Shown piece by piece: positions 58,872 through 64,000 of a DNA stretch of 64,000 nucleotides. The notes under the pieces were generated by a model. That model did not search any database. It saw only the letters and a program-made list of their open reading frames with translations, and was not told where the DNA came from. The stretch's first letter is position 1. Every line of letters starts with the position of its first letter. A program made the translations under genes and the position numbers. Origin of the DNA: an uncultured Gemmatimonadales bacterium (GTDB lineage: Bacteria > Gemmatimonadota > Gemmatimonadetes > Gemmatimonadales > GWC2-71-9); NCBI GenBank assembly GCA_963771275.1, contig CAVYSW010000003.1, forward strand, positions 640,001-704,000, in the 5' to 3' direction.

Positions 58872-60002
58872 ATGGAACGGCGAGACATGCTGAAGACGGT
58901 GGGCACGATGGTCGCCGCCGCGGCCACGCTGCCCCCGAGACGGATGGCGACGGAGGCGTCGATGCCGAACCCTGGCGGACCGGCGACGATCGAGACCGAG
59001 ATCGTGCGGCTCAGACTGCGACATACGTGGACCACCACGATGTCGTCGAGTGACTACCGCGACACCCTCGAGCTGCGCTACACCAAGGACGGGATCACGG
59101 GCGTCGGCGCGGGCGCGCCCATCATCCGCTACCACGAGGACGCCGAGAGCGCCAAGCGGACGGTCGACGGCCTGAAGGACTTTCTCGCGACCGCCGACCC
59201 GCAGCAGTTCGACAAGCTGCTGGACGAGGTGCTTAGGCGCGTCGACGGCGAGTGGGCCGCGAAGGCCGCGATCGACATCGCGGTCCTCGACTGGGTGGGC
59301 CAGCAGCGCGGGCTCCCGATCTACGCCATGTTCGGGCTCGATCCGAAGGACGCGCCGTTCACCGACTTCTCGATCGGCATCGACACGCCGGAGGTGACGC
59401 GCCAGAAGGTGCGCGAAGCGGAGCCCTACCAGGTGCTCAAGATCAAGGTCGGGCTCGACACCGACGAGGCGACCATGGAGGCCGTGCGGAGCGTCACCAA
59501 CAAGCCGCTGCGCGTGGACGCCAACGAGGGCTGGACGAACAAGGAAGAGGCGCTGCGCAAGATCAAGTGGCTCGAGTCGCAGAACGTCCAGTTCATCGAG
59601 CAGCCGATGCCCGCCGCGATGCTCGAGGAGCAGCGCTGGCTCCGGGGCAAGGTGAACCTCCCGATCTTCGCGGACGAGGCCTGTCTCCGCCCCACCGACA
59701 TCCCCAAGCTCGCCGACGCCTTCGACGGCGTGAACGTCAAGATCGACAAGGCGGGCGGCATCTTGCAGGGCTACCGGATGATCCAGATCGCGCGCTCGCT
59801 CGGCCTCAAGACCATGCTCGGCTGCATGATCTCGAGCTCGGTGAGCGTCACCGCGGCGGCGCACCTGTCGCCGCTGGTGGACTACGCCGACCTCGACTGC
59901 GCACTGCTGGTGGCGAACGACCCCTACACCGGCGTCACCGTGGAGCAGAACGGTCAGCTGGTACTGCCGGACCGGCCGGGCCTCGGACTGAAGAAAGCCT
60001 AG
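58872..60002 (+). CDS. Dipeptide epimerase (enolase superfamily) with Tat-like leader
   Basis: MERRDMLK; KIKVG, VDANEGW, IEQP, ADE, NVKIDKAGG and DLD. Confidence 0.9.
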   Translation: MERRDMLKTVGTMVAAAATLPPRRMATEASMPNPGGPATIETEIVRLRLRHTWTTTMSSSDYRDTLELRYTKDGITGVGAGAPIIRYHEDAESAKRTVDGLKDFLATADPQQFDKLLDEVLRRVDGEWAAKAAIDIAVLDWVGQQRGLPIYAMFGLDPKDAPFTDFSIGIDTPEVTRQKVREAEPYQVLKIKVGLDTDEATMEAVRSVTNKPLRVDANEGWTNKEEALRKIKWLESQNVQFIEQPMPAAMLEEQRWLRGKVNLPIFADEACLRPTDIPKLADAFDGVNVKIDKAGGILQGYRMIQIARSLGLKTMLGCMISSSVSVTAAAHLSPLVDYADLDCALLVANDPYTGVTVEQNGQLVLPDRPGLGLKKA

Positions 60003-60080
60003 AGGGTGAGGGGGGGAGGGGGGAGAGGGGCAGAGATTGAGCTCATCTCTCCCCCTCTGCCCCCTCTGCCGCTCCTCCCC
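60002..60080. repeat. Purine/pyrimidine imperfect palindrome between convergent genes
   Basis: G-rich arm (gagggggggaggggggagaggggcagag) and C-rich arm (ctctccccctctgccccctctgcc); same unit as 13358-13395. Confidence 0.75.
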
Positions 60081-60658
60081 TACATCTTCCCCACCACCAC
60101 CGGGACTCTGATCCTCGTCGTCTGCCACTCGAGAACCAGCTGCGCGCCGCCGTCGGGCTGCGGCTCCGCACGAATCGTGAACTGCTCGACCGGCTGCGCC
60201 AGGGTCTCGACCTTCGCCTTGGCGCGGCCCACTTCCTGGGCCTTGACCGAGTCGGTGTAGGTGTTCTCCCGCCCCCATTGCTGATACGAGCGGTTGACGA
60301 TCACGTCCCACTCGGTCTCGCCGGGCACCGTGTACAGGGCGTACATCCCGGCGGGGACCTGGATGCCGCCCACCGAGAGCGGCGCGGTGGCGATCAGCTT
60401 CGTCGTCTCGTTGGCCCCTGTGCGCCACACCTTGCCGTAGGGCACCGCGTCGCCGCCGATCATCGGGCGGCCGTTGAGCGAGGGCCTGCCGTAGCAGATC
60501 CTCACGACGTGGCCCCCGACCTCGAACGATACGGAATCGAGCGGGCTGGGTCTGGTGGCGAGCGCCATGGATTGGCGGTACGGACAGGACAGGTCCTGCG
60601 CGGCGGCGGGCGCCGCAGCCAGGCCGAGCGTGACAATCACCAGCACCAACCGCGTCAT
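60080..60658 (-). CDS. DUF2911 domain secreted protein
   Basis: PSP, YGRPS, VPYGKVWRTGANE and YALYTVP; GGAGGAGG RBS. Confidence 0.92.
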   Translation of the reverse strand: MTRLVLVIVTLGLAAAPAAAQDLSCPYRQSMALATRPSPLDSVSFEVGGHVVRICYGRPSLNGRPMIGGDAVPYGKVWRTGANETTKLIATAPLSVGGIQVPAGMYALYTVPGETEWDVIVNRSYQQWGRENTYTDSVKAQEVGRAKAKVETLAQPVEQFTIRAEPQPDGGAQLVLEWQTTRIRVPVVVGKM

Positions 60659-60828
60659 ACGACCTCCTCCACGTGACAGGACCCGACGCCCGCAATCGTA
60701 GCACGAGCCGGCCTGCAGCGCGACCCCACCCCGGCCCCTCCCCATAACGCTCCCGCCGTCGCAGCTTTCGGCGTCCGGCCCGGCGGACTGCCTCGGGCGG
60801 CTCCGACCACGGCGTCAAGGATGGCGCG

Positions 60829-60907
60829 TCAACCGCAGAGCGTGCGGAGACGTCGTAGGTGGAACAACCCCCATCCACCTCTGCGATCTCCGCGTTCTCC
60901 GCGGTGA
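60829..60907. repeat. REP-like imperfect palindrome (CACCGCAGAG family), copy 3
   Basis: tcaaccgcagagcgtgcggag...ctctgcgatctccgcgttctccgcggtga. Confidence 0.62.
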
Positions 60908-60957
60908 TCATCACTTGGGCGGGTATTGTTGGAACGACACTAGCCGAGGGTCTCCGC

Positions 60958-63900
60958 ATGCAACGGTATCTCCGTCGTTACGTCTGCACGGTCATGCTGC
61001 TGTTCGCAGCCGCCATCACCCCGCGCGCCGGCACCGCTCAGGACGCGAAGCCGGCCAGCACCGTCGGCGCCCAGGGCTTCTATCGGTTCCCCGCGCTGCA
61101 TGGCGACACGATCGTGTTCGCCGCCGAGGGCGACCTCTGGCTGGTGACCGCGGCGGGCGGCGCGGCGCGCCGGCTCACGTCGCACCCAGGGGAAGAGACC
61201 GACCCCGTGATCTCGCCCGACGGGAAGACGCTCGCCTTCACCGCCCGCTACGAGGGCCCGGCGGAGCTGTATACCATGCCGCTCGCGGGCGGCGTCCCCA
61301 CCCGCTGGACCTACGATGCCGAACCCTCGATCGCCAACGCGTGGACGCGCGACGGCGACCTGGTCTACGCGACCTCACGCTACTCGGGGTTCCCCACGAT
61401 CCAGCTCGTAAGGCTTGACCTGGCCGACGGGACGCGCGAGGTGATTCCCCTCTCCGACGCGAGCGAGGCCACGTTCGACGGCACCGGCCGTACGGTCTAC
61501 TTCGTCCGACCCTCGTTCCACAACAACGTGACCAAGCGCTACACCGGCGGCACCGCGCGCGATGTCTGGAAGTTCGCCATGGGCTCGGATGCCGAAGCCG
61601 TCGAGCTCACGGGCGACTACAAGGGCGAGAGCCACACCCCCATGTGGTGGGGCGGGCGCGTGTACTTCGTCTCGGACCGCGACGGGACGATGAACCTGTG
61701 GTCGATGAACGAGACCGGCGGTGACCTGCGCCAGCACACGCACTACAGCGGCTGGGACGTGCGGACGCCCAGCCTGTCGGGCGGGAAAGTCGTCTACCAG
61801 CTGGGCGCGGACCTCCAGCTGTACGACATCGCCTCCGGGCAGGATCGCACGATTCCCGTCACGCTCCCCTCCGATTTCGACCAGCTGCGCGAGAAGTGGG
61901 TGAGCGATCCGATGGAGAATCTCACGGCCGCCCACCTCCACCCGGAGGGCAAGAGCGTCGTGCTCACGACGCGTGGCCGGGTGTTCGTCGCCCCCGCCGG
62001 CCAGGGCCGGCTCGTCCGGGCGTCGCGCGCCGAGGGGGTTCGCTACCGCGACGTGGTGTTCATGCCCGACGGCAAGGCGCTGCTCGGGCTGTCGGATCAC
62101 ACCGGGGAGCTGGAGTTCGTCAGCATCCCCGCCAACGGCGTCGGCGCCGAGACGCGGCTCACGAACGACGGCAAGATCCTCAGGTTCCAGGGTCATCCGT
62201 CGCCCGACGGCAAGTGGATCGCCTATCGCGACAACAACGAGGATCTCTGGGTGCTCGAGACCGCAACCGGGCGCCAGCGCAAGATCTCGGCGCTCCGGGA
62301 GGGGATCGGCGACATGGCCTGGTCGCCCGACAGCCGCTGGCTCGCCTACACCGCCGTGGCGCTCAACACGTTCGCCCAGATCCAGCTGTACGACGCGCAG
62401 TCCGACAAGACCGTGCCCGTCACGAGCGACCGGGTCAACAGTTTCACCCCGGCGTGGTCGCCGGACGGCACGTTCCTCTACTTCCTGTCGGACCGCGACC
62501 TCCAGTCACTGGTCGGCGCCCCGTGGGGCCCACGCCAGCCGGAGCCGTACTTCGACCGGTCGATCGAGATCTTCCACGTGGCACTCGAGCCCGGGAAGCG
62601 CTCGCCGTTCGCGCCCGGCGACGAGCTGGCCACCGCCGACAGCGCGGCGCCCAAGGGTCCAACGCGACAGGGTACGTCCACCGGGCCGGCGCCGAAGCCG
62701 GCGGTGGACGTCGCCGCGATCGCCGGGCGGGTGAAGCGAGTGCCGGTGCCCGCGGGCAACTTCAGCGACCTCGCCGTTGCGGGAGACGCCCTGTACCTCA
62801 CCGCGACCGAATCCGGCCCCGATGCCAAGACGCACCTGGTGGCGGTGAAGGTCGGGAGCGAGCCGAAGGTGCAGACGGTGGTCGAAGACATCCGCTCCTA
62901 CGAGCTGTCGGCGAACGGCAAGAAGCTCCTCGTGCGGAAGGGCAGCGCATTCTACGTCGTGGACGCCAAGCCGGCCCGGATCGCGGACCTGAGCGACGCG
63001 CGTGTCGACCTGAGCGGGCTGACGTTCCCGATCGACGTGCGCGACGACTGGCGACAGATCTTCGTGGACGCGTGGCGGCTCGAGCGCGACTACTTCTACG
63101 ATCCCGGCATGCATGGCGTGGACTGGAACGCGACGCTGAAGAAATACCTGCCGCTGGTGGATCGCACCACCACCCGCGACGAGCTGTCCGACCTGATCGG
63201 CTGGTTCGTGGGCGAGCTGTCGGCGTTGCATACCAGCGTCCGGGGCGGCGACCTGCGCACCGGGCAGGACAACGTCCGGGTCGCGACGCTGGGCGCGCGC
63301 CTGACGCGCGACGCGGCCGCCGGCGGCTATCGGATCGACCACGTCTACCAGTCCGACCCCGACTACCCCGACGAGCTGTCGCCGCTCGCCAACCCCGACC
63401 TCGACGTCCACGCGGGCGACGTGATCGAGGCGGTGAACGGGGTCGCGAGTTTGAGCGTGCCCGACATTGGGGCGCTGCTCCGGAACCAAGCCGGGAAGCA
63501 GGTGCTCCTCTCCGTCCGCTCGGGCGGCGCCGGCGCCACGTCCGCAGGGAAGTCCCGCGAACTCATCGTCGTGCCGGGCACGAACGAATTCGATCTGCGC
63601 TACGGCGACTGGGAGTACGGCCGCCGCCTCAAGGTGGAGGAGGCTGGGGGAGGACAGATCGGCTACGTCCACCTCCGTGCGATGGGCCCGAACGACATCA
63701 CCACGTGGTATCGCAACTTCTACCCCGTGTTCAACCGGCAGGGCTTGATCGTGGACGTGCGGCGGAACGGCGGCGGGAACATCGACAGCGTCATCCTCGA
63801 GAAGCTGATCCGGCGGGCCTGGATGTACTGGAAGGGGCGCGTCGGCGAGCCGTACTGGAACATGCAGTACGCCTTCCGGGGCCACATGGTCGTGCTGGTG

Positions 63901-64000
63901 GACCAGAACACGGCGTCCGACGGCGAAGCGTTCGCCGAGGGGTTCCGGCGCCTCGACCTCGGTGTCGTGATCGGCATGCGCACCTGGGGCGGCGAGATCT
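60958..64000 (+). CDS. Tricorn protease homolog (S41), runs off the window end
   Basis: Signal peptide, YRFPALHGDTIVFAAEGDLW, PD40 repeats, FYDPGMHGVDW, PDZ region, DVRRNGGG, TASDGE and GMRTWGG; absent from the ORF track because there is no stop. Confidence 0.95.
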   Translation, partial: MQRYLRRYVCTVMLLFAAAITPRAGTAQDAKPASTVGAQGFYRFPALHGDTIVFAAEGDLWLVTAAGGAARRLTSHPGEETDPVISPDGKTLAFTARYEGPAELYTMPLAGGVPTRWTYDAEPSIANAWTRDGDLVYATSRYSGFPTIQLVRLDLADGTREVIPLSDASEATFDGTGRTVYFVRPSFHNNVTKRYTGGTARDVWKFAMGSDAEAVELTGDYKGESHTPMWWGGRVYFVSDRDGTMNLWSMNETGGDLRQHTHYSGWDVRTPSLSGGKVVYQLGADLQLYDIASGQDRTIPVTLPSDFDQLREKWVSDPMENLTAAHLHPEGKSVVLTTRGRVFVAPAGQGRLVRASRAEGVRYRDVVFMPDGKALLGLSDHTGELEFVSIPANGVGAETRLTNDGKILRFQGHPSPDGKWIAYRDNNEDLWVLETATGRQRKISALREGIGDMAWSPDSRWLAYTAVALNTFAQIQLYDAQSDKTVPVTSDRVNSFTPAWSPDGTFLYFLSDRDLQSLVGAPWGPRQPEPYFDRSIEIFHVALEPGKRSPFAPGDELATADSAAPKGPTRQGTSTGPAPKPAVDVAAIAGRVKRVPVPAGNFSDLAVAGDALYLTATESGPDAKTHLVAVKVGSEPKVQTVVEDIRSYELSANGKKLLVRKGSAFYVVDAKPARIADLSDARVDLSGLTFPIDVRDDWRQIFVDAWRLERDYFYDPGMHGVDWNATLKKYLPLVDRTTTRDELSDLIGWFVGELSALHTSVRGGDLRTGQDNVRVATLGARLTRDAAAGGYRIDHVYQSDPDYPDELSPLANPDLDVHAGDVIEAVNGVASLSVPDIGALLRNQAGKQVLLSVRSGGAGATSAGKSRELIVVPGTNEFDLRYGDWEYGRRLKVEEAGGGQIGYVHLRAMGPNDITTWYRNFYPVFNRQGLIVDVRRNGGGNIDSVILEKLIRRAWMYWKGRVGEPYWNMQYAFRGHMVVLVDQNTASDGEAFAEGFRRLDLGVVIGMRTWGGEI

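Overview
High-GC bacterial chromosome window. The gene content (kinase/TPR and BTAD relics, many signal-peptide hydrolases) suggests Gemmatimonadota, but this is inference. The backbone is peptide/amide scavenging and envelope genes: an M16 peptidase pair, CocE/NonD hydrolase, penicillin acylase, serine hydrolase, tricorn S41 protease, Tat dipeptide epimerase, mtgA, a PBP1B-like gene, mprF and an MFS transporter. Redox genes include a Cyc2-like cytochrome-porin, a HypD-like glycyl-radical dehydratase with activase, and an octaheme/NrfC/NrfD module. Accessory patches carry three PIN-type toxin-antitoxin pairs and several gene relics. The best candidate for an undescribed system is a ~3.1-kb cassette (about 6.6-9.7 kb) bracketed by a duplicated 3' end of the CocE gene. 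It encodes an AraC regulator, two paralogous secreted four-Cys/Trp-rich peptides, a beta-propeller lipoprotein and a membrane-anchored CxxC thioredoxin. No rRNA, intact tRNA, CRISPR array or integrase was seen. All family calls come from motif recognition by eye, not database searches.
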